Below are positions 53,194 through 64,000 of a stretch of DNA of 64,000 nt, piece after piece (position 1 is the first letter of the stretch; the number at the start of each line of letters is the position of its first letter). Origin of the DNA: Octopus vulgaris (Eukaryota); NCBI GenBank assembly GCA_951406725.2, contig OX597816.1:116932001-116996000 (forward strand), read 5' to 3'. The notes below the pieces were generated by a model. It was not told the DNA's origin and did not search any database. It saw nothing but the letters and a program-made list of their open reading frames with translations. A program made the translations under genes and the position numbers.

Positions 53194-53372
53194 CTGTATT
53201 TTAACATGTATAAGGAACCCATTTTTATCAAAAATTAGGTTAAAAAATATGGGAGTTTCTTATACATTAATAGTATTATAATCCCTTACAAAACCTTTTT
53301 TCCAAATTTTAACCCCCAAAAATTAAGGGGTTCCTTAATACTCGAGGGTTCCTTATACATGCTAAAATATGG
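53194..53372. mobile_element. Tc1/mariner-pogo-type MITE
   Basis: TIRs ctgtattttaacatgtataaggaaccc / gggttccttatacatgctaaaatatgg, flanked by TA on both sides. Confidence 0.85.
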
Positions 53373-53399
53373 TATATGTATGTACATATATAGAGAGAG

Positions 53400-53959
53400 G
53401 AAAATTTGGTATACAAGGCATCAGATGTAGCATGCAAGAGAGACAACTGCATTGGTATGGTCTTGTAATGCATATGAATGAAGACAGTAGCATCAAGAGG
53501 TGTCGGTCTTAAATTGTAGAGGGAACATGTGGAAGAGGTAGACCCAGGAAGACACAGGACAAAGTGGTGAGAAAGGATCTACAGATGATGGTACTCACAG
53601 AGGGGATGTCAGAGAACCAAGACTATGTTGTGCTTGAAAAGACACATCAAGTTAAGTAAAAGCTGGTTGTCCTTGCAGACAGGATTCTCCCCTGCACTCC
53701 TCTCCAGCTGAGTATTCTTAATCTTGCAGGATCATAGGTGCTGGTGCCACATAAAAAGCACCCATAGGGGTGCCACATAAACACACCCATGCTGGTGCTA
53801 TGTAAGAGCACCCAGTACATTCTGTAAAGTGGCTGGCATTTGGAAGGGCATCCAGCTATAGAAAGCCTGCCTAAACAGGCATGGAGCCCAGGAAGCTCTT
53901 CAGATGGCCAGTTCCTGTCAAAGTGTCCAACCCATGCCAGCATGGAAAACGGATGTTAA

Positions 53960-54000
<41 letters not shown>
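53400..54000 (+). mobile_element. RTE LINE 3' end with 3' UTR motif array and (GAT)n tail
   Basis: gcatgcaagagagacaactgcattggtatggtc...ggtagacccaggaagac, then ggtgccacataaaaagcacc units and ggaagggcatccagc...aacggatgttaaa(tga)n. Confidence 0.85.
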
Positions 54001-54075
54001 ATATGCATATATATATATATATATATATATACATACATATATACATATATATGTATAAACATATATGTATACATG

Positions 54076-54108
<33 letters not shown>

Positions 54109-54731
54109 GTATAAACATATGCATACATATATACAATGTGTGTATGCATGTGCTCACAGTTGCATGCATCCACACAAACATACACCCATGGTTAGCTATA
54201 TACATTCACAGATGTCTGCATACATGAAACTGCAGTGTTTGCGAGTACATTCGTGTGGGCTATGTGCTAATGCATTCACACAAATGTACTGACAAATCCG
54301 CACTTTCATACACACACACACAAGAGCAGAGTCATTTCTTCACGCCCATACACATACTCTCTCTCACACACACACACACAGCTACTCACCACGCTATATA
54401 TATATACAAATAACTACATGTTAGCAGACATGTAATATATCAACACACTAGTTCACAGACAATAGAAGAGAGCATACAAAAGCTATTGAGATATTTTAAT
54501 AAAATCTAATGTTGATCACATAAAATACGTCTGGTGAGAGTTTCATTGTTGAGATGTCTTCAGATGACAGAAGAAAACTTGATGAAATCAAATAACAAAG
54601 ATGACAATGAAGCAGTTTTCATTTTATAGAAATATGCTCCACTGTGCATCAGTGTCTTCGTGTGAAAGTCGCTCTCTATGCATGTGTGTGTGTACAAATG
54701 TGCTGCTATGCATGCATGAGTATGCATTTGT

Positions 54732-54775
<44 letters not shown>

Positions 54776-54965
54776 GTGTTTCAATGTGGTAGATTGTATC
54801 TGAGTAGAATATGAGCTTGTGAGTGCATGTGTATGTATGTATGTGTGTGTTACAAGTGTAGCAAGGAGAGATGCTATATATCATACACTCCATGGGATGA
54901 GAATACAATGGGAATGAAATAAATAGATATAAGTGTAATTGTAGATATTCACACACACACACATG

Positions 54966-55025
<60 letters not shown>

Positions 55026-55030
55026 ATGTA

Positions 55031-55240
<210 letters not shown>

Positions 55241-55241
55241 G

Positions 55242-55276
<35 letters not shown>

Positions 55277-55955
55277 GTATGTATATATATATATACTTAT
55301 ATATATATAACCCATGCTAGCATAGAAAATGGACGTTACACGATGATGATGATGATGATATATTCACACACATGCACACAGAAAGAGAGAGAAATATATT
55401 TAAATATACCTGCATATACACATACACACATGTGTGTGTGTGTGTGCGTGCATGTATGTGTGTATGTATATATAAGTCAGTAGAATTGTTAACATGCCAG
55501 GCAAAATACTTAGCAGCATTTCTTCCAGTTTCACAGTCTGAGTTCAAATTCCATCAAGATCAACTTTGCCTTTAATTCTTTCGGGGTCGATAAAACCAGT
55601 ACCAGTTGAGGATTAGGATCAATGTAATTGACTATCCCTTTCATTCCAAAGTTCAGGTATGCAAATTAGGGTCTCCTTCATAGAGTAACTGCTGCATTTG
55701 TGAGTATATGAGCAGTTTGACTGCTTGTTTCTCTGGTGACTGTCAGAATTATGTAGCTGCCTCTGATGGGAACCCAATAAGGTTTGAAAATTGATTAAGG
55801 TTGTTTATCATCTTTTTTTTTTAAGTCTACAGAGAAATGGCTGAAACATGCTCTGTTTATAATTACACCAGACATATAGATGTATGTATATCTATATATA
55901 TATTATATATAAATGTACACATATATGCATACTTACACATAAATATATACATATA

Positions 55956-56103
55956 CTTAGCAGTTCGGCAAAAGAGACCGATAGAATAAGTACTGGGCTT
56001 ACAAAGAATAAGTCCCGGGATCGATTTGCTTGACTAAAGGCGGTGCTCCAGCATGGCCGCAGTCAAATGACTGAAACAAGTAAAAGAGTAAAAGAGTAAA
56101 AGA
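55956..56103 (+). mobile_element. SINE family A 3' end, young
   Basis: Near-identical to 21382-21525. Confidence 0.88.
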
Positions 56104-56564
56104 ATATATAGATGTACATGCATATATATATACATCATAATCATTTAACATCTCACAAGGGTTAGACAGTTTGACTAGGGCTGGTATATATGCATTTAAT
56201 GGGTGGTTTTCTACTTCCTATATTTATATTTAATTATTTGCTCAATCATGATGTTGCTGTAGGTGTTGGTGTTGATGATGGTGGTGGCACTGCTGCAGCT
56301 GATTAGCTGATTTTATTACATGTATGTGTGTGTGTGTGTTTGTGTGTCTGTGCTTGTACCCCCACTATCGCTTGACAACCGATGTTGGTGTGTTTACATC
56401 CCCATAACTTAACAGTTCAGCAAAAGAGACCGATAGAATAAGTACTGGGCTTACAAAAATTAAGTCCTGGGGTTTGATTTGTTCAGCTAAAGGCAGTACT
56501 CCGGCATGGCCACAATCAAATGGCTGAAACAAATGAAAGAATAAAAGAATATATATGTGTGTGC

Positions 56565-57543
56565 ATATGACTGCAGAGGACATGTGTAGACTTAAAAGAA
56601 ATGAAGCTAGCATGATCCACTGGATGTGTAATGTCAGCGTGCATACATGACAGAGTATAAGTGCCCTGAGAGAAATGCTGGACATAAGAAGCATTGGATG
56701 TGGCATGCAAGAGAGACGTCTGCACTGGTATGGTCATGTACTATGGATGGATGAGGAGAGATGTGTGAAGAAGTGCCACTCCCAAACAGTTGAAGGAATC
56801 TGGGGTAGAGGTAGACCCAGGAAGACATGGGATGAGGTGGTCAAGCATGACCTTTGAACGTTGGGTCTCACAGAGACAATGACGAAACACAAGACCTCTG
56901 GAGATATGCTGTGACTGCGAAGACCAGGCAAATAATGTGAGTTCATGGTTGTTTCCTGCACCAGCTTCACATAGAAGCCCCAGCCTATCCAAAGTGCCTT
57001 CGATCGCTGGATGGCTTGCTGTGCTTGGGGAGACCTGTTGAGTCAAGTACATCAACATCAAAAAAAAAAATCAAATGGAAATTATAGTTGTGATACCTGT
57101 GCCGGTGGCACGTAAAATGCACCATCCATATGTGGCCGATGCCAGCGCCACCTTGACTGGCTTCTGTGCTGGTGGCACGTAAAAAGCACAAACCAATCGT
57201 GGCTGTTGCCAGCCTCCCTTGACACCTGTGCCGGTGGCACGTAAAAAGCACCATCCATACGTGGTTGATGCCAGTACCGCCTTGACTGGCTTCCATGCCA
57301 GTGGCATGCAAACAGCACCAACTTATCGTGGCCATTGCCAGCCTACCCTGGTACCTGTGCTGGTGGCACGTAAAAAGCACCCACTACACTCATGGAGTGG
57401 TTGGCATTAGGAAGGGCATCCAGCTGTAGAAACACTGCCAGATCAGACTGAGCCTGGTGCAGCCTCCTGGCTCCTAGACCCCAGTCGAACCATCCAACCC
57501 ATGCTAGCATGGAAAACAGACGTGAAACGATGATGATGATGAT
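56565..57543 (+). mobile_element. 5'-truncated RTE LINE: ORF end, 3' UTR with 5-unit motif array, (GAT)n tail
   Basis: LDIRSIGCGMQERRLHWYGHVLWMDEERCVKKCHSQTVEGIWGRGRPRKTWDEVVKHDL runs contiguously into the array (57098-57381) and the conserved terminal module. Confidence 0.9.
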
Positions 57544-57870
57544 ACACACATACATATATGTATGTGTGTACATACATGCATACACACACACTCACACATA
57601 CACATATTATCAGCTGTTGTTATACATTGCTTGTCACAATGCATTTTGCATCATTTTAGCTTTGAATAATGCCAGCCTGCTCGTTAGGTGAGCAGGCCAA
57701 CATTCCAACATTCCACCCGATTGGAAGGCTAGTTCGTTGCAGGGCTACCTATTTATAGCTGAGTGGACAGGAGTAACATGAAAGGATACAATGCACTGCT
57801 TGATCTGGAAATTGAACTCATGGGCCAGTAATTGTGAGTGCAACACTCTGACCACTAGGCTGTGAGCCTT

Positions 57871-57914
<44 letters not shown>

Positions 57915-58114
57915 CTAAAACATTGCTTGTGATATGCTGGGTAACACTGAAATGACATGCATACAATAATTGTAATTTAACTTTTAACCAATTTCTTGGT
58001 GCTTATACAAGATAAGGAAATTAATACAAATTTTCAAAAGAAAAAATATTTAATACCTTAAAATAAACTCAAAGAAAATAAATTTCCCTTTTATATATAT
58101 TTGCAACAATTATG

Positions 58115-58495
58115 TTATTACGAGCAAATCACCCCCCGTCCAATGGACGGAGCTGAGTTGTCAAACATTTAAACCAAACTTTCTCAAAACAACTTGTCCG
58201 ACCGTCCCACAGGCCTCTTCTTTGGGAAACACTGATTTAACTTAAATTTGAGACACCAGAAAAAGAAGAAATAAAGTTAGACCTTTTTTCTATTCCAAGA
58301 AAAACGATTTTACAAATGCCTGTTCCCACGGCTTTATCAATCGCATTCTCACCTGGAATCGATTTTTGTAATTTTTTCAAGACTTATACACGCCCTGATA
58401 CCGTCGGTATCTACATATCAAATTTAAGCGCAATCAGATGGAGGATGTCCGAGATCCTAGAAGACACACACACAGACAGAATGGATTTTATATAA
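58115..58495 (-). mobile_element. Helitron-like non-autonomous element, truncated copy of 16341-16749
   Basis: Direct sequence similarity (acgagcaaatcacccc...gagatcctagaagacacacacacagacaga). Confidence 0.75.
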
Positions 58496-58548
58496 GAAAT
58501 TTGCCTAATTTAATCGATATAATTGCAATCTCAGTAAATTTTCATTGA

Positions 58549-58760
58549 CCCTTTAGCATTCAGTTTAATCTTTTGAATTCATCTGTATCATTTCATAGCT
58601 TCAAGATTTTGATCACATTGTCTGGTAGATGTGAGAGACTGGATCTAGCCAGATGTGAGAGACTGGATCTAGCCAGATGTGAGAGACTGGATCTAGCCAG
58701 TTTGAACATAAAACAGATAGGATATTTGGGGCTGATATGGCTGGTTTAAATGCTAAAGGG
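58549..58760. mobile_element. piggyBac-like MITE with internal 24-bp tandem repeat (3 copies, 58627-58698)
   Basis: TIRs CCCTTTAGCATT / AATGCTAAAGGG flanked by TTGA and TTAA. Confidence 0.8.
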
Positions 58761-59486
58761 TTAAAAATATATGACGTGCTGTTCGCTCATATTTTGAAAT
58801 TGTTCGCTGCTGATGCCTGAAAAATATGATGCCTGCTTTGTGCCTAAAAAATCAAGGCTACCAAGCTTCCCCTTTTGGCATAGTTAGAAGCTCTCCTTTA
58901 ATATTTGTTATTCTTAAAAAATGCACATGCTTTTCAGAAAGTTATATGACATTCGTCTAGCACTTTATATGTTAACTCGCTCTGCATCTCTCTTGTATTG
59001 TCTTTTTTCTTTTTTTTTTCTTTCTTTCTTTCTTTCTTTCTTTCTTAATTTATTTATTTATTTATTTATTTCTCTAAGTGATATAAAGTGTGCCTGGAGA
59101 AATCAACCAGCCAAAGAACCAACAAATATTTAAATCAACAATTATTACATAGATATATGTATGTATGCATGTATGTGTGTATGTGTGTATGTATGTATGT
59201 ATGTATGTATGCATGCATGTATGTATGTATGTATGTATGTATGTATGCGTATGTATACATGTATATATGTATGTGTGTATGTGTGTGTATGTATGTCATT
59301 ATTCAGTTTTATTTCAAGATTTCTTGCTAGTAGAGAAAGTGCTGGCTTCTAACCTAGATCCAAGGCTTCTTTATAGGAATTTCAAAATCAACAGCAGGGT
59401 ATTTTTGTTTGTATGTATGTATATGTGCAGATTTGTATGTTTTGAGTGGATTTGGCAGATCAAAACTGAAAGAATCCCATCACATG

Positions 59487-59545
<59 letters not shown>

Positions 59546-59653
59546 GTATATGTATATATATATGTATGTATATATATATATATATATTTATGTATATGTA
59601 TATATGTATGTATGTATGTATGTATATGTATATGTCAGGTCTGTATATATATG

Positions 59654-59696
<43 letters not shown>

Positions 59697-59697
59697 T

Positions 59698-60252
59698 ATG
59701 TCAGGTCACTTTCGAGTGCTACTGGTAACATGTAACCCTGTACAACCTGTTGCATGGTCGGGTCGTTGGTGACTAAACCGGCAACCCCACCAAGCTTGCT
59801 TGGTGAGGAGGGTGTTTATTGGACACCCTGCGGGATGAAAATCAAAACCCGTCAAAGGGTGGAGGAACTCTTGAGAGTCAACGGCCATCCAATAAATGTC
59901 TTAAGGCTGTATCATGCGCAGGGACATAGAAATAATCAGACTGAATACCCAATCACACGGTTAAACCATTAGGAGTGAAGGACTCCTAGCCTTTGTTAGG
60001 GCATCCTTCTTGGAGAAGGTAACTCAGGTAACTGGGATAACTCCGACATAAAACCTGCGGCTCAGCGGTTACCGATGATGTTGATTTGTTCTTCTTTTCG
60101 GATTATGGCTGCTGTTACTTAGTGAGTGGGATTGACTCAGTGCACAGCCTTTTCTCACTTTAAAAAATATCTTCTTGCACGGGCATTGCACGATAACAAC
60201 ATTGATTAAGCTTCATACAATGGCCATACTCGATAACGAGGGGGCAGCCACC
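59698..60252 (+). mobile_element. GC-richer non-coding insert, possibly RTE 5'UTR-derived, nested in a SINE A microsatellite
   Basis: Contains agggcatccttcttggagaaggtaactc (resembles an RTE 5'UTR motif) and several hairpins; SINE A halves flank it at 59440-59485 and 60300-60515. Confidence 0.45.
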
Positions 60253-60562
60253 ATATGTATATGTATACATACATTCACACACACACATATATGTATGTAT
60301 ATCTATGTGTGTGCCATTGTATTGTGTTTGTTCTTCAACACTGTTTGACAAATGTTGGTTTGTTTACTCCCTCATAACTTAGCAGTTCAGCAAAAGAGGT
60401 TGATAGGATATGTACCAAGCTTGAAAAAAGGTTAAAAAGTAAGGGGCTTGAAATGTTCGACTAAACCCTTCTAGGCATTCCCCAGCATACTGAAACAAGT
60501 AAAAAAATAAAGATTTAAAAAATCCCTACAGAGTGAGACAGGGAGAGAGAGAGAGACACATG

Positions 60563-60624
<62 letters not shown>

Positions 60625-61366
60625 CTCTCATCTAATTTAAGTTTATTAAATGTGAATTGTTTGAGGCAAATTTGGATACAAGTAGCCCAGTATTTTCTTC
60701 AAGTACCCCAGTATTTTCTTTTAATATAAATATTTGTGTCTATATAGGCACTGTGTCTAAGAAAAACTATGTGTGCATACACACACACACACACACACAT
60801 ACACGCTTATTCTTATAACACAGTCTGCAGATATATATACACATATGTATCATTAGTAATTGCAGTGACATTGTTTAAATATATCTGTCTGTCTCTGTAA
60901 ATATATAATTGTAGAAGTTTATATACTTTTATGTGTATATAATTGTATATTTGTGCTTGAATGATGCGTCTATGCATTGATCTACATAAGTGCATGTATT
61001 TATGTAATACATGCATACGTATATGTGTGTGTATATATATATACATATACATATGTACATATATATCTATACATACATATATACAGATATATGTACATAC
61101 ATATACATATATACACATATACATGTATATACGTATGCATATATACATACACACATACACATATATATGTGTATATATACGTATATATATATATGTATAT
61201 ATACATATGTATATATATATATATATACACACACACATATACGTATATATATATATACTCGTATATGTATATATGTATATATATATATATATGTGTGTAT
61301 AAAACGGATGCTAAATGATGATGATGATGATGATGATGTGTGTGTATATATATATATGTGTGTGTG

Positions 61367-61402
<36 letters not shown>

Positions 61403-63742
61403 TATACATATATATACATGCTCATATACAGACAGGCACATATGGATGTTATACTAGGAACACTTTTATTTACACGTTGCTCTGTTGTGCAAATGACGTA
61501 CTGGTTAGCACCTCATGTTGTTACAATTAGACATTTTGGGAAATAGTCCAGCTGCCGAGTTCATCTGATAAGGAGTTTGTATTGAGACCTACAGGCATGT
61601 TAGGAAATGATGGAATAGAATTAAAATGGTGAGGACAGCGACACCTATAGTATCAATACCGTTGTTGTACTTTATATATTTTTGTTGTTGTTGTTGCTGT
61701 TTGAATGTATGAGATATAGAAAAGTAGAAAAAATATGTATATGTGTCTTTGTGTGAGTGTGGACATGTGAAACACCTATCAGATTTACATGTGCATTTAG
61801 TACTAATACAGATATACAGATCTACACATACACACATATGCATTCATTTATGTATACACACATGCATTCAATTAACAAATATATTCTCATTATTCATGCA
61901 CATAAAATATAAATATATGTTGACACACATATGCACACTTACATGTATTTATGTACATGCATACATGTATACATAGATACATATTTCATATGAGACCAAA
62001 GGTTTTGTAAAATCTAATATAAAAGAATAATGTATTTCTATTATGTAATAAGATAATGTTTTTCCTTTTACATTTTCATAGAAATGAATATCTTAAGGGA
62101 AGAAAGAAAAATGTGGTAGGCTGGATCAGCACCGATGTATAATTAATTCTTATTGCATTGGTCCTAGAACAATGAAATGCAAAGCTAACTTCAGTAGGAT
62201 TTAAATTCTGAACTTCAAATGATGTAACTAAATACCACTAAGTATTTTGTTCTGCATTCTATTCTTTTTAGTGTTATATCTTATGCTTTAAAAAAAGAAT
62301 AGCAGTGTCCATGATGTATTTTCAAGACCCCTGTGACTGGTGGAAGGAATGGAGGAAGTTATCCTCAAACTGGAGACCTGGTTTAAATGTTTGTTGTAAA
62401 GTGGACTCCACTAAAGGTATCCATGGGCTATTGATGGTGGTGTTAAATCAGGCATGGTATTAAGTTTACTATGCATGATTAAATCTACTAAGATTAAATC
62501 TAGTACCATAAGTCCCTCTCCTTCTTCAGATGCCATGCCTACAAACATCATTTATTACAGGCCTCCAAGTCAAAGTCAAATAATGCATAACTTTTCTCGA
62601 GAAAGATACAGCAGTTCTTTTCTGTTGCCTTCTGTTGGTTTATTTACATTTTAACCTGTTAATCTCCATCTCTCCCAAGTTAACCTTGAAGCACAAAACC
62701 CCTTCAAACCTTAGATAGGGGAATTGGTTCACATGACATGAGGGCATGTTTTCACACTAGTGAACCTCTGTAACACATACCTAGAAGCCCTCCCCTCTGA
62801 GTCCTACAGAACAAGCTCTGTTATTGACCAATAACTGGGTTTCTCAACAGGTACTATGACCCTGGGAGCGGTGGTGATTAAGGAATAACACCATACTCTC
62901 CAAAACTTTTGAACTCTTGAACTGGAGTTCCTAATCCTCTAAAATAAGTCTATCACACAAATTAGCTAATTAATCATTGATAGAGTGAGCAGAGTATTTT
63001 GGACAATTAAAGGGCCTTATAAGGCACAACCTATTATGCAGAACAAATGAGTTAGTTACCATTGCAATACTTAATTGAATAGACTAGACAAAAGTAAACA
63101 AATGCCATTTTTTAATACAAAATTAAATCTATCACCAAACTTTAATCTGCTTTGTAAAATTAATTATAGCATCCATATTGTCCCACCCTAATAGTAAGCC
63201 AATGAGAGAACCTCTATGTGGTTACTTGCGCTGCTAGGAATAACCCCAAAATCTCTCTCAGATAGCACTCAACTTCTTTAAAAAAGGATTTACTAGATAA
63301 TGTGGGGCTGGGTTCCATGCACATAGGAAAAAGTGGGAGGATTATGGCTGGAATACCTTTGATCACAAGCTTCTTTAAACAGGGTGTTACAGGGCTAAGC
63401 AACAATAATAACAACAAAAATAAATTTTGGCACATGGCCAGCGATTTTGGGGTAGAGAACTAACCAGTGTGCTAATGGTTCTGCCAGCTCGCTATCTTGA
63501 TAATGATAATAACAAGCTTATTGTATACAATGCTCAGGTACAACATGTTAGGAAAAGGATAACAGAAAGAGTCAGGAAGAAGCAATAAGTCAAGTAAAGA
63601 AAGACAGCAATAACATCTGGAAGTATGTTCTGGCTGTGAAAAGACAGATCAGTCTTCATGGCACTGTCATTGCTTAGTAAGAAATGTGGGTTCAAAAACG
63701 AGCCAAGTATTTGGATAGATTGCAAGTGCTCTAGTTGCATAC

Positions 63743-63902
<160 letters not shown>

Positions 63903-64000
63903 GCAATAAAAACATGGTTTTGGTCTCTGAGGTCAACCCCAACAGAATTAAATTTATGTCTAATAATTCTAAGCTCAAGAATTCTATATACCAATGTAAA

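Noticed and set aside
57098-57381. CRISPR array interpretation of the repeat-spacer pattern
   Set aside because: Eukaryotic context, no cas genes, spacers alternate between two related types, and the array is embedded in a LINE 3' end.
59769-59815. Twister ribozyme (UAA...AAGC...GAGG resemblance)
   Set aside because: The L4 and pseudoknot pairings do not fit well and a competing 8-bp hairpin explains the sequence; kept only as part of the broader finding.

Overview
Eukaryotic, AT-rich, repeat-saturated genomic DNA. The SINE families and the very dense (TA)/(CA)/(TACA)/(GATA)/(AAT) microsatellites match what I recognise from Octopus (coleoid cephalopod) genomes; this species call is an inference. 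Almost all supplied ORFs are microsatellite or SINE artefacts, and no complete host gene is visible. The only host-gene candidates are a possible first coding exon on the minus strand (1543-1563, ATG...CAG|GTAAGT) and a weaker internal exon (43371-43443). Recognisable mobile DNA: several SINE or SINE-like families, two mariner remnants, RTE/RTEX, jockey/CR1-like and R4/Dong-like LINE remnants, a Penelope-like RT/GIY-YIG remnant, Helitron derivatives, and hAT, pogo-like and piggyBac-like MITEs. Main second-look items: (1) a set of minimal hammerhead-ribozyme motifs in Penelope pseudo-LTR-like repeats, including one with an intact core at 26506-26583 (-) and a head-to-head palindromic pair at 6130-6338; (2) a variable-copy repeat-spacer array of a 26-nt motif with H-type pseudoknot geometry in the 3' UTR of an RTE family; (3) a young RTE ORF resembling nematode/arthropod RTEs; (4) an apparent CpG-depletion transition near 27-31 kb. 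All alignments and folds were done by eye.
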